Origin: Alphaproteobacteria bacterium
GTDB lineage: Bacteria; Pseudomonadota; Alphaproteobacteria; M2410
Assembly: GCA_030614785.1 (NCBI GenBank)
Contig: JAUWTJ010000007.1
Span: 4,649-68,648, forward strand
DNA: 64,000 bases
Reading direction: 5' to 3'
Shown: piece by piece, positions 47,441 to 56,866 of the stretch
Layout: each line of letters starts with the position of its first letter
Position numbering within the stretch: the stretch's first letter is position 1
Notes under the pieces: model-generated
Told to the model about the DNA's origin: nothing
What the model saw: the letters and a program-made list of their open reading frames with translations, nothing else
The model's database searches: none
Made by a program: the position numbers and the translations under genes

Positions 47441-49177
47441 ATGACCACAGCTACAAAGCTCACCCCGCCATTGACATGGCGCCGGTCCGATGTCCTGACA
47501 TCTTCGGTGACGATCAACCTGCTCACACTGGCCATGCCTTTTGTGATTTTGCAGGTTTACGACCGAATTCTTCCCAACGCGGCCTGGTCAACGCTGGCGT
47601 TTCTGATCGGCGGTCTCGTCGCCGTAACTGTCGTCGATGTTCTCATCAAAATCTGCCGGTCGGCGATCTTCAGTGCTGCGGGGGCGCGGTTTGAGCATCA
47701 AAGCGGTCTTGACGCTTTTGACAACATGCTCAAGGCCGATATCAGACACTACGAAACCCACGGCGCAGGGCACTACATCGAAGGCTTCAAGTCACTTGGT
47801 CAGGTTCGCGATTTTCATGCCGGCCAGACTGCCGAGCTCATGGCTGACATGCCCTTTGCCGTCCTGTTCCTCTTGCTTATCTGGATCATCGGTGGGTCGC
47901 TTGTTCTGGTTCCCATATTGGTCCTGGCACTCTTTGCGACCCTGACGCTCTATGTATCGCGCAATTTAAAGATTGCCCTTGAAGAGCGCACAGCAAATGA
48001 CGAGCGGCGCGCCAGCTTCCTCATGGAAACTCTGGAGGGCATTCACTCCGTCAAGGCCATGGCGATGGAGAAAAGCATGCTAAGGCGTTACGAGCGCCTT
48101 GAATACAAATCCGCGCTCGCCGTTCGCGATCTCGCACAAGCACACGGAACCAGTCTCGCCGCCGGGTATTTCTTTTCGCAGCTTGCCGTTGTTTCAACCG
48201 TCGTTATCGGCGCTATCTATGTTGTTGGCAGCGATCTCACCATGGGGGGGCTGGCCGCCTGTACAATGTTGACCGGACGCTCTCTCAGGCCTGTTCTGAA
48301 AGGTATGTCTTTTTGGAACAACTATCAAAGCCAGGAAATCGCCCGCCAAAAAGCCGAGGTCTTGTTCGAGATCACTCCCGAGCAGGAAATCGACCGGCCA
48401 CTCAGGAAAACTATCCGCGGGAGCCTCAAACTGAGCCAGGTATCGGTTGGTTTTGACGGGGCTTCAACCCCTGTCCTCAAGAATATCTCCCTCGATATCG
48501 CTCCGGGTGAAGTAATCGGGATTGTCGGCGGGACCGGGTGCGGCAAGACTTCACTTCTGCGCCTCATGAACGGGACCCTCTCGCCAAGCGAAGGCAGTGT
48601 TTTGATTGATGGACAACCGGTTCATCACTACGCGCCGAACCTGCTGAGGCAGCAGATCGCTTTTCTGCCCGACACCGGTGTCATGTTCGACGGTACGATC
48701 CTTGATAATGTAGCGATGTTTCGTGACGGCCAGCCAAAACGGCGAGCCATTGAAGCCATGCGCGCTCTGGGCCTTGATGATTATATTTCCAGCTTGCCGC
48801 AGGGGCTTGATACCAGGTTATCCGGCACCCGCGCTGATCGTGTTCCTGGCGGCATTAAACAGCGCCTCGTGCTGGCCCGCGCGCTTGTTGACGCGCCCGA
48901 GATCCTGCTTTTTGACAATGCCAACAATGGCCTGGATTCAACCAGCGATGCCAGGCTCCGCAAGGCTCTTGGCGAGATGAAGGGCAAAAAAACCATTATT
49001 CTGGCCTCGATGCGCCCGTCCTACCTGCGCCTTTGCGACCGTATCTTCGAACTGAAGGACGGCACACTCCACCTTAAAGACCTGACCGTTTATGGCGGAC
49101 CCCCGGCCGCGAGGGACGCGCCATCATTATCAGTGAAGATTTCGGCACCGCTGGCAAGCAAGGAGTTGGCCTCTTGA
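47441..49177 (+). CDS. Type I secretion ABC transporter subunit 1 (degenerate catalytic motifs)
   Basis: INLLTLAMP..LQVYDR, Walker A GGTGCGKT, Walker B LLFDN. Confidence 0.88.
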   Translation: MTTATKLTPPLTWRRSDVLTSSVTINLLTLAMPFVILQVYDRILPNAAWSTLAFLIGGLVAVTVVDVLIKICRSAIFSAAGARFEHQSGLDAFDNMLKADIRHYETHGAGHYIEGFKSLGQVRDFHAGQTAELMADMPFAVLFLLLIWIIGGSLVLVPILVLALFATLTLYVSRNLKIALEERTANDERRASFLMETLEGIHSVKAMAMEKSMLRRYERLEYKSALAVRDLAQAHGTSLAAGYFFSQLAVVSTVVIGAIYVVGSDLTMGGLAACTMLTGRSLRPVLKGMSFWNNYQSQEIARQKAEVLFEITPEQEIDRPLRKTIRGSLKLSQVSVGFDGASTPVLKNISLDIAPGEVIGIVGGTGCGKTSLLRLMNGTLSPSEGSVLIDGQPVHHYAPNLLRQQIAFLPDTGVMFDGTILDNVAMFRDGQPKRRAIEAMRALGLDDYISSLPQGLDTRLSGTRADRVPGGIKQRLVLARALVDAPEILLFDNANNGLDSTSDARLRKALGEMKGKKTIILASMRPSYLRLCDRIFELKDGTLHLKDLTVYGGPPAARDAPSLSVKISAPLASKELAS

Positions 49178-51399
49178 ACCAGGCGGCACAAACCCTCAGC
49201 GGTCTCGATCATCTGGCTGGCGCTCTGCGCCATGAGGATGCGGGCGCCTTCGCGGGCACCTCGCCCGTTGCGGCCTGCTTCGTACCGCTCCTGAACGAAT
49301 TGGGGTGGAATGGTGATGACCGGGATGTCATCGAGACCTTGCCTCACTTTGCCAATGACATGGATCTTGTCGACCTTCGCGGTGTTCTGGCATTGCTCGG
49401 TTATGCCAGTGACCCCAGGAAGCTCCGCTTCAACAGGATTGATATGCGGCTGCTGCCGTGTTTGTTTGAACGTGAGAGCGATGGCGCGCTCTTTGTTGTC
49501 ACCGGGTTCAGCGGGACACAGATTATCGCCTTCACCGCCGGTGCGTTTGAACGCTTCGAGATAGCGCCGTCTGATTTTCGCGGGACTGCATATTTTTTTA
49601 CCCGGGAACAGATCAATGATCAGGAGAAACAGGAGCGCATCGCCAACTGGTTTACGCGAGCGCTGTTGCGGTTCAAGAAGTCCTTTATTCGGCTCGTTAT
49701 CTCGTCTCTTCTCATCAGCATCCTGACCATCGCGATCCCCCTCTTTATTATGGTGATCTATGACAAGGTGGTCGGTGCCCATTCACTGCGAGCCCTGCCC
49801 TTCCTCGCTGTGGGGGTCACTATCATCCTGTTTGGCGACCTGAGGCTGAGGGCAATCCGGGCGGAGATCATCGCCGCCGTCGCCGGGCGTCTTGACTATC
49901 TGACCGGTGTGGCGGCCTTTGAAAAGATCCTCCTCCTTCCGCCAGCGATGACCGAAAGCGCTACGGTCGCAACTCAGCTTGCGCGTTTGAAGGAATTCAA
50001 GTCCCTGCGTGATTTTTTTACCGGTCCACTTATAACAACCGCCATTGAGCTGCCTTTCATCGTCCTGGTTCTTGTGATGATCTATGTGCTGGCCGGGCCT
50101 GTCGTTGTTGTGCCGCTTGGCGCCCTTGCCGCGTTCTGCCTTCTGGGCTGGCTGTGGCTGCCGCACGTGCGCCGCACGACGCTGGCTTTTGGCCTTGCCA
50201 ATTCGGAGAAGAGCAATTTCCTCATGGAGACCGCTACGCATCTGCGCACAGTCAAGGACCTCGGCGCCGAGGATGTATGGCGCGGTCGCTTCCGCATGTT
50301 TTCAGCCAATGCTCTGGCGCTTCAGGATCAGGTGACGCGTGAGAATGCCATGACAGAAGCTGTCACGCAGGGAATCGTCATGTTGGCCGGCATTGGTGTT
50401 CTGGGTTTCGGCGCCTCGAGCGTCATGGAAGGCAGTATGACAACAGGGGGCCTGATCGCGACGCTGGCGCTCGTGTGGCGCGCTCTTGGACCCTTTCAGT
50501 CGGGTTTTCTTGCCTTCACAAAGTTCCGCGAAATTCGCGACTCGGTCCGGCTGGTCAACCAGTTGATGAGATTGAAAACCGAGACCGTCAATCATTCCTC
50601 TCGCCTGTTTGATACCAGCATTACCGGCAACATTGCCTTTCAGCGGGTCAGCTTTCGTTACAGCGCTACCGTTGACCCGGCCCTGCTGGCGATGTCCTTT
50701 CAGGTTCCCAGAGGGAAAATGTTGGCCATTCTGGGTTCAAACTCGAGTGGAAAATCTACCATTCTCAAGCTTGTTGCGGGCATGTATCAACCGCAGGGCG
50801 GCAATATATCCATTGATCGGACTGATGTTCGCCAGCTGAACCCGCTGGATTTACGTCGCAACATTGGCTATGTGCCGCAGGTCCCGGAGATTTTCTACGG
50901 CACCATCACGCAAAACCTGCGGCTTTCCAACCCGCTTGCCAGCGATGATGACATCGCCCACGCGTGTGACCTGACAGGTCTTACAAGTCTTATTGAACGC
51001 TTGCCGGAGAAATTCGAAACACGGATCGGCGACACCGGTGGTGGCGCCATGCCAAAGGGATTTGTACAACGCCTGTCCATTGCGCGCGCGCTGGTTCGAA
51101 AGTCAACAATTTTACTTCTTGATGAGCCGGAGCAAAGCCTGGATGACGAAGGTGACCGGATGTTCATTGAGCTGATCAAATGTCTCAAGGGCCGTGTCAC
51201 CATTATCCTGATCAGTCACAGACCGAGCCACATCAAGCTCGCCGACCAGGCCATTGTCGTCAATCAGGGAAGTGTCGAATTTGCCGGTAGCCCGAGCGAA
51301 GCGATCATGGCCTGCGAAATTATTACAAGTAATCTGGCCAGAGAGGTAGCCAGTAACTCGGCCAGCAATTTGGCCAAAAGTCAGGAAAGCGTATCATGA
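49174..51399 (+). CDS. Type I secretion ABC transporter subunit 2 with N-terminal C39-like domain
   Basis: ETLPHF N-terminal domain, PLFIMVIYDKV, GSNSSGKS, GYVPQ, LLLDEP and SHRPS motifs. Confidence 0.9.
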   Translation: MNQAAQTLSGLDHLAGALRHEDAGAFAGTSPVAACFVPLLNELGWNGDDRDVIETLPHFANDMDLVDLRGVLALLGYASDPRKLRFNRIDMRLLPCLFERESDGALFVVTGFSGTQIIAFTAGAFERFEIAPSDFRGTAYFFTREQINDQEKQERIANWFTRALLRFKKSFIRLVISSLLISILTIAIPLFIMVIYDKVVGAHSLRALPFLAVGVTIILFGDLRLRAIRAEIIAAVAGRLDYLTGVAAFEKILLLPPAMTESATVATQLARLKEFKSLRDFFTGPLITTAIELPFIVLVLVMIYVLAGPVVVVPLGALAAFCLLGWLWLPHVRRTTLAFGLANSEKSNFLMETATHLRTVKDLGAEDVWRGRFRMFSANALALQDQVTRENAMTEAVTQGIVMLAGIGVLGFGASSVMEGSMTTGGLIATLALVWRALGPFQSGFLAFTKFREIRDSVRLVNQLMRLKTETVNHSSRLFDTSITGNIAFQRVSFRYSATVDPALLAMSFQVPRGKMLAILGSNSSGKSTILKLVAGMYQPQGGNISIDRTDVRQLNPLDLRRNIGYVPQVPEIFYGTITQNLRLSNPLASDDDIAHACDLTGLTSLIERLPEKFETRIGDTGGGAMPKGFVQRLSIARALVRKSTILLLDEPEQSLDDEGDRMFIELIKCLKGRVTIILISHRPSHIKLADQAIVVNQGSVEFAGSPSEAIMACEIITSNLAREVASNSASNLAKSQESVS
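51328..51375 (+). repeat. In-frame degenerate 12-bp tandem repeat x4
   Basis: AGTAATCTGGCC AGAGAGGTAGCC AGTAACTCGGCC AGCAATTTGGCC, encoding SNLA-REVA-SNSA-SNLA. Confidence 0.7.
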
Positions 51400-52745
51400 G
51401 TGGACAGAACCAGGCACCGGGGCAAAACCCGAAGAAGCTTCAACCGCAGGCACGCTATCTTGCCCAATCCATCCGGCTGGAGGAAACCGACCCGCCGGGG
51501 ATCCTGTCGAAGCTCACTTACTCCGCAAGCGCGTTGTTGCTGCTGCTTGTTCTGTGGGCCGGCAACACCCAAATCGATGAAGTGGCACGCTCCGAAGGCA
51601 AGGTCGTACCACGCGGCAATGTTCAGGCGATCCAGCATTTTGAGGGCGGTATTGTTTCAGAGATCCTTGTTGCCGACGGGGAAATCGTCAAAGCAGGTCA
51701 ACCAATCCTTCGCCTTTCACCGGTCCAGACCAAAGCACAACTCGATCAGACCATTGCCCGCCGGGCGGGGCTGGTTCTGTCCATTGAACGAAACAGGGCC
51801 ATAGCCGAAAATCGCAAACCCCGTTTCGGCCTTGTGCTTGAGGGCTTTGATCCACTCAGTGCAGACCAGCAAGAGCTCTATGCGTCCGAGGTTCAGTCCA
51901 ATGAGGCGCAGCGCCTCGTTCTGGAACGGCAACACATTCAGAAGACCGGAGAGGTCGAGCGGATCACTAATCAGGTGAAGATGCTCAAGGACGAAGCCCA
52001 TCTCCTCTCGGAAGAGCTGACAATGAGGCGTGATCTTTTTGCGCGCGGCCTTTCTACCCGCGACGGCGTCTTCGCCATCGAACGCCAGTCTTCGAAGGCG
52101 GCAACTGACCTGAAAAACAATCAGGACCGTTTGCAGGTTGCTCGAGACGCCAGTGCAGAAGCCAAAAAACGCATTGATGAATTTGATCAAACGCTCCGAA
52201 CCAACGCTCTCACACTGGTTGGCGAGCTGACCCAACAGCTGAGTGATGTCGACGAGAAACTCAAGGGCTTGCGCGATGTAACCAACCGCCTGCAGGTGAT
52301 CGCGCCGGTCGATGGCATCGTCAAGGGATTGACCGTTAACGCCATCAACGCCGTGGTCAGACCCGGTGAGACCATGCTCGAACTGGTGCCAACCGGCGAA
52401 GACGTTGTGGTTGAAGCCAGGCTTTCACCGCTGGATATTGGACATGTTCAGGTTGGTCAGGACGTTGATGTGCGGGTCACGGCCTTTGACTTTTCCACTT
52501 ACGGCGCCCTCAAGGGCATTGTCGAAACAATTTCGGCGTCAACCTTTCAGGCCGAGGACGGAACGCCTTACTACAAGGCAACGGTCGCCCTCAATCATCA
52601 CTATCTGGGTGACGACCCGGACGTGAACAGGGTTCTGCCCGGCATGGTCGTCCAGGCCAATGTCATCACCGGATCAAAATCTCTGCTCGACTATCTCATG
52701 AAGCCGATCAATCGCGGGTTTGCGCGCAGCTTCCAGGAACGATAG
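51396..52745 (+). CDS. HlyD-family type I secretion membrane fusion protein
   Basis: IQHFEGGIV, APVDGIV, DIGHV..GQ, YGAL.G and PGMVV..TG.KSLLDYL.KP motifs. Confidence 0.93.
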   Translation: MSGQNQAPGQNPKKLQPQARYLAQSIRLEETDPPGILSKLTYSASALLLLLVLWAGNTQIDEVARSEGKVVPRGNVQAIQHFEGGIVSEILVADGEIVKAGQPILRLSPVQTKAQLDQTIARRAGLVLSIERNRAIAENRKPRFGLVLEGFDPLSADQQELYASEVQSNEAQRLVLERQHIQKTGEVERITNQVKMLKDEAHLLSEELTMRRDLFARGLSTRDGVFAIERQSSKAATDLKNNQDRLQVARDASAEAKKRIDEFDQTLRTNALTLVGELTQQLSDVDEKLKGLRDVTNRLQVIAPVDGIVKGLTVNAINAVVRPGETMLELVPTGEDVVVEARLSPLDIGHVQVGQDVDVRVTAFDFSTYGALKGIVETISASTFQAEDGTPYYKATVALNHHYLGDDPDVNRVLPGMVVQANVITGSKSLLDYLMKPINRGFARSFQER

Positions 52746-52823
52746 CGACAAAAAGTTTTAGGGCGCATCGCTCACTCCCCTGATGATTTTGGAATGGGGA
52801 TCAAGTGGGCGAGCGGGGGCGAC

Positions 52824-52860
52824 AAAGGGCGAAGCGTGAAATCCGCCTCGCCCTTTTTCT
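52824..52860 (+). terminator. Rho-independent (probably bidirectional) terminator
   Basis: AAAGGGCGA...TCGCCCTTTTT after hlyD. Confidence 0.7.
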
Positions 52861-52886
52861 TGTTCTCATTCCTCAACCGAACAGCC

Positions 52887-54317
52887 TTACTGGACTTCGG
52901 CGCGTTCCTCGCGCACCCAAAACATCATGACAAAACCGGCGATGAGAAGAATGAGGATCGAACCAAAGCCAATGCGCTGACTATTGAAAATATCAGTGAT
53001 GCGCTCAACCATTAGCGTTCCAATGAAAGCGGTTGCGGTTCCCGATAGAGCATAGAGCCCGAAGAACTCGGCCATCATGCTTTCCGGGACAATGCGCGCC
53101 AGCATGGTGCGACTGTTGGCGTAGGCCGCTGTAATGAAGATCGCGGCGAAGATGACAACGCCAAGGTAAGTGATCTCAGGCACCGTATTGAAGAACGGAA
53201 AGGCCCATAGCCTGGCTGCATCCGGGTCGACCGGAAAAATGAAAAACATTTCCGCCGGCGTGATTGAGACTGCCGCCAAGAGAGACAGCGTCGTGCCGCC
53301 AATCGAGATCAGGATGGCGTTGCGCGACCCGAATGTATTGTCGAGCCAGCCACCCAAAATTCCGCCTGAAATTGCGAAGATCGTCAGCACAAGACCGTAA
53401 ATGGTCATAGCCTCAAAACCCCAGGAGAAAATCGACGATGCATAAACCCCGCCAACAATGAGGACGGCTGTCTTGCCGTCATTGTAGAGCATCCGGGCAC
53501 ACAGATAGAGCGTGATATTCTTATAGTGCCTGAGCTTTCGCAATGTTCCCATCAGCTTGGCGCCCGAAGCCCTGGCGGCCTGCCGAAGGGGAACACCCGA
53601 GGCGTCCTGATCCGGTGTGAAAAAGAGAAGCGGCAGCGTGAAGAGCACAATCCACACGGCAACCACGGGACCTGCCATGCGGCTCGGCTCAAACTTATCC
53701 GGGTCAATCCCGAAGAGCGGCTCGGACGCGACAATGGGCCAGTCGACATGTCCCGGCAGCGCAAAGGCAAACAGCATCACCGTCAGAATAATCAACGCGC
53801 CGCCATTGCCCAGCGCCAACCCGAGGCCCGACAAGCGGGCCATGACCTGCCCGCGCGCGATATGGGCGAGCATCGCATTGTGAAAGATAGCGGAGAATTC
53901 GAGTGCGAGATTCATGAAGATGATCATCGTCGCAATGGTCAGGACAGAGAGCCCCTGAGCATCAGGCAGCGCCCACCACAAGGCAAAAAGCAGCGGCGCG
54001 GAAAAGCCGACCGTGAGCAGGATCCAGGGTTTACGGTGGCCGACCGAATCGACAAAGGCTCCGAGAAAAGGCGCGATCATGGCGATGAGGAAGGAGCCAA
54101 TCCAGTTCATGCGGAGCCAGTAGACCTGGCCATCGACGGGATTGTCGACGACTTCATTGGTGAAATAGGGTCCGAAGATGTAGATCCAGATCAGGATGTA
54201 ATAGGGGTTACGGGCCCACTCAAACATCGCCCATGAAACCTGCCCGACCTGCTCGGCCCTGGCACTACCAAACCGTCCAGCGACGTAGGCCGCCGGCACC
54301 TTTGTCCAACTTGTCAT
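52887..54317 (-). CDS. MFS transporter, UMF1/Atg22-like
   Basis: SWAMFEWA, FHNAML, ARMLYNDG, SRTMLARI and FFGLYALSG motifs; 12 TM helices. Confidence 0.87.
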   Translation of the reverse strand: MTSWTKVPAAYVAGRFGSARAEQVGQVSWAMFEWARNPYYILIWIYIFGPYFTNEVVDNPVDGQVYWLRMNWIGSFLIAMIAPFLGAFVDSVGHRKPWILLTVGFSAPLLFALWWALPDAQGLSVLTIATMIIFMNLALEFSAIFHNAMLAHIARGQVMARLSGLGLALGNGGALIILTVMLFAFALPGHVDWPIVASEPLFGIDPDKFEPSRMAGPVVAVWIVLFTLPLLFFTPDQDASGVPLRQAARASGAKLMGTLRKLRHYKNITLYLCARMLYNDGKTAVLIVGGVYASSIFSWGFEAMTIYGLVLTIFAISGGILGGWLDNTFGSRNAILISIGGTTLSLLAAVSITPAEMFFIFPVDPDAARLWAFPFFNTVPEITYLGVVIFAAIFITAAYANSRTMLARIVPESMMAEFFGLYALSGTATAFIGTLMVERITDIFNSQRIGFGSILILLIAGFVMMFWVREERAEVQ

Positions 54318-54457
54318 GAAAACTCAACACCTCCACTCACTCTATATTTTTATCATGGCAGACATTTCCGGCTCGGTCACTCAAATCAAAATTGGAGCTT
54401 GAACTTTGAGGCTAACCCGCCTTCAATGCGGGAAACAAATTTGAGGAGACATGAGCC

Positions 54458-55663
54458 ATGGCTGACGCCTTTATCTGCGATGCAATCCGAACCCCGTTTG
54501 GCCGCTATGGGGGCAGCCTTGCCTCGGTGCGCGGCGATGATCTGGCCGCAATCCCGCTCAGGGCGCTGATGGCGCGCAACCCGGAGCTTGACCCGGCAGC
54601 CATTGAAGACGTGATCTATGGCGCGGCGAACCAGTCCGGCGAGGACAACCGCAATGTGGCGCGCATGGGGCTTTTGCTGGCCGGGCTTCCCGACACGATC
54701 CCCGGCGCGACGATCAACCGCCTGTGCGGCTCGGGGCTTAACGCGGTTGGATCGGCGGCGCAGTCGATCCGGGCGGGCGATACGCAGCTTGCCATTGCTG
54801 GCGGCGCGGAAAGCATGTCGCGCGCGCCTTTCGTGGTCGGCAAGGCAAACTCGGCCTACGACCGTTCACCGCAAATGTATGACACGACGCTCGGGTGGCG
54901 CTTTATCAATCCGAAACTTGAGGCTGTACACGGCGCCGACACCATGCCGATCACGGCGGAAAATGTTGCCGAAGAATACCAGATCTCCCGCGAGGATCAG
55001 GACGCGTTTGCCTATCGCAGCCAGATGCGCGCTGTTGCTGCCCAGAAGAATGGACGGCTGGCAAAAGAGATTACCGCCGTCACCATTCCGCAAAGAAAGA
55101 AAGACGCACTTGTGGTGGACACGGATGAACATCCGCGCGGGTCAACCACCATGGAAGGTCTTGCCAAACTCCCGACACCATTCCGCGAAAATGGTACAGT
55201 GACCGCTGGCAATGCCTCGGGGCTGAATGACGGGGCGGCGGCAATGTTCGTTGCGTCCGAAGCTGCCGCCAAAGCCCACGGCCTGACACCGCGCGCACGG
55301 GTCGTCGCCATGGCCTCCGCCGGTGTGCCGCCGCGGATCATGGGCATCGGACCGGCTCCGGCGTCGCAAAAGGCGCTGGCGCTGGCCGGGCTCAGCATCG
55401 GCGATATGGATGTCATCGAACTCAATGAAGCCTTCGCGGCGCAGGGCCTGGCGGTCACGCGTCAGCTTGGCCTTGCCGACGACGCCGAACACGTCAACCC
55501 GAACGGCGGCGCCATCGCACTCGGTCATCCGCTCGGCGCCTCAGGTGCCCGGCTTGCCATGACGGCGACCCAGGAACTGCACGAGCGCGGCGGCAAATAT
55601 GCGCTATGCACCATGTGCATCGGAGTCGGCCAGGGGATCGCAGTGATATTGGAGCGGGTGTGA
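54458..55663 (+). CDS. pcaF: 3-oxoadipyl-CoA thiolase (PcaF/PaaJ)
   Basis: GEDNRNVARM, NRLCGSG, DTTLGWRFINP, GHPLGASG and CTMCIGVGQG motifs. Confidence 0.92.
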   Translation: MADAFICDAIRTPFGRYGGSLASVRGDDLAAIPLRALMARNPELDPAAIEDVIYGAANQSGEDNRNVARMGLLLAGLPDTIPGATINRLCGSGLNAVGSAAQSIRAGDTQLAIAGGAESMSRAPFVVGKANSAYDRSPQMYDTTLGWRFINPKLEAVHGADTMPITAENVAEEYQISREDQDAFAYRSQMRAVAAQKNGRLAKEITAVTIPQRKKDALVVDTDEHPRGSTTMEGLAKLPTPFRENGTVTAGNASGLNDGAAAMFVASEAAAKAHGLTPRARVVAMASAGVPPRIMGIGPAPASQKALALAGLSIGDMDVIELNEAFAAQGLAVTRQLGLADDAEHVNPNGGAIALGHPLGASGARLAMTATQELHERGGKYALCTMCIGVGQGIAVILERV

Positions 55664-55678
55664 CACCCTAACTGTCCC

Positions 55679-55810
55679 CTCACCCTGAGGGATTGCGAAG
55701 CAATCGTCTCGAAGTGCGAGGCCCGGGTGTTACCACACATCCTTCGCCCTGCGGCCCAAAGCCTTCGGGCGACGGGTCGAGGCTCGCTTGCGCTCGCACC
55801 TCAGGATGAG
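55679..55810. repeat. RIME-like palindromic element with nested hairpin
   Basis: Ends CTCACCCTGAGG / CCTCAGGATGAG; inner GATTGCGAAGCAATC hairpin and GTCTCGAAG / CCTTCG..AGGC arms. Confidence 0.72.
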
Positions 55811-55832
55811 AGTGTAGTTCTGACAGACTTCC

Positions 55833-56168
55833 CTAAGAAAGAGGGGAGAGATAGTTTCTGGCATCTCCATCCCTGTCGCAATCCTCAAATCTGGACTCGA
55901 CTTTGACAGAGGCCCATTTGTCACTTTTGCAGACAAGTACACTCCTGGAGGACCCATAGCATATGACAGAATTCTCCGAAAAAAGCTCCCCGCCATAAAT
56001 GCAAGCTTCATCTGCCTGATCTGGGACAAGGCTTGATGTCGCCTGAGCCATGGTCTGGCTCAGGGCATCAACCAGAAACGTCGAGCCTGCCTGTTGTGAT
56101 ACCCCGGCCAGATAGGCCACCATTCCGACAATCGAAACCCCCAAAGTCATTATAATCGCACGTTTCAT
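55833..56168 (-). CDS. Small exported Cys-containing hypothetical protein
   Basis: Signal/TM N-terminus, CIYGGELFSENSVIC...C...C; GGGG RBS-like run upstream. Confidence 0.6.
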   Translation of the reverse strand: MKRAIIMTLGVSIVGMVAYLAGVSQQAGSTFLVDALSQTMAQATSSLVPDQADEACIYGGELFSENSVICYGSSRSVLVCKSDKWASVKVESRFEDCDRDGDARNYLSPLS

Positions 56169-56254
56169 CTCATTTTCCCCCTGAGATTGTCTTCCCCTGC
56201 CGCCACACTATTATCCATAATCCCGCTGGTTGCAAGTATCGCCCTGTTGAACCG

Positions 56255-56866
56255 TCAATCCTCCATCGCCCTCTGATAGGCCGGGCGGGCTTTCATGCGG
56301 TCCCACGAGGCCATCAGGTTTGGGCATTCATCCGTCGTCGGAATACCGAACATAGAGCCGAAGATCAGCGCCCATGTGACCATGATGTCAGCGGCGGTGA
56401 ACTCAGTGCCGCAGATGCAGGCCCTGTCGCCAAGGTCTTTTTCAGCGGCGGCGAAAGCGAAGCGGGCGCGGGTTTTGGCGGGGTCTGAAATGAGATCGGA
56501 ACGGGCGTCCTCGGGGATGCGCATGGTGGTGAAAAGGACGACGCCGACAAAGTTGGCGAGCGTCTCAGAGCCGTGCATCCATTGCAGGTAACGCAGCCAT
56601 TCCGGCGAGCCTTTCTCCGGCTGAAGACGCCCCTCCCCGTAGGTCTCGAGGAGATACTCGACAATGGCACCTGATTCAAACAGAGTCACAGCACCGTCCT
56701 CGATGGCCGGCACCTTGCCAAAGGGGTTTCTTGCCAGCATCTCCGGCGTGCGCAGGACCTTTTCGTCGAGCGGCATGGTGATAAGCTCATAGGGAATTTC
56801 GAGCTCTTCCATGAGCCATCTGACACGAAAGGACCGTGTGCCACGCACGTGATAGAGTTTGATCAT
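56255..56866 (-). CDS. Glutathione S-transferase family protein
   Basis: TRSFRVRW, NPFGKVP, FESGAI and FTAADI motifs. Confidence 0.92.
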   Translation of the reverse strand: MIKLYHVRGTRSFRVRWLMEELEIPYELITMPLDEKVLRTPEMLARNPFGKVPAIEDGAVTLFESGAIVEYLLETYGEGRLQPEKGSPEWLRYLQWMHGSETLANFVGVVLFTTMRIPEDARSDLISDPAKTRARFAFAAAEKDLGDRACICGTEFTAADIMVTWALIFGSMFGIPTTDECPNLMASWDRMKARPAYQRAMED

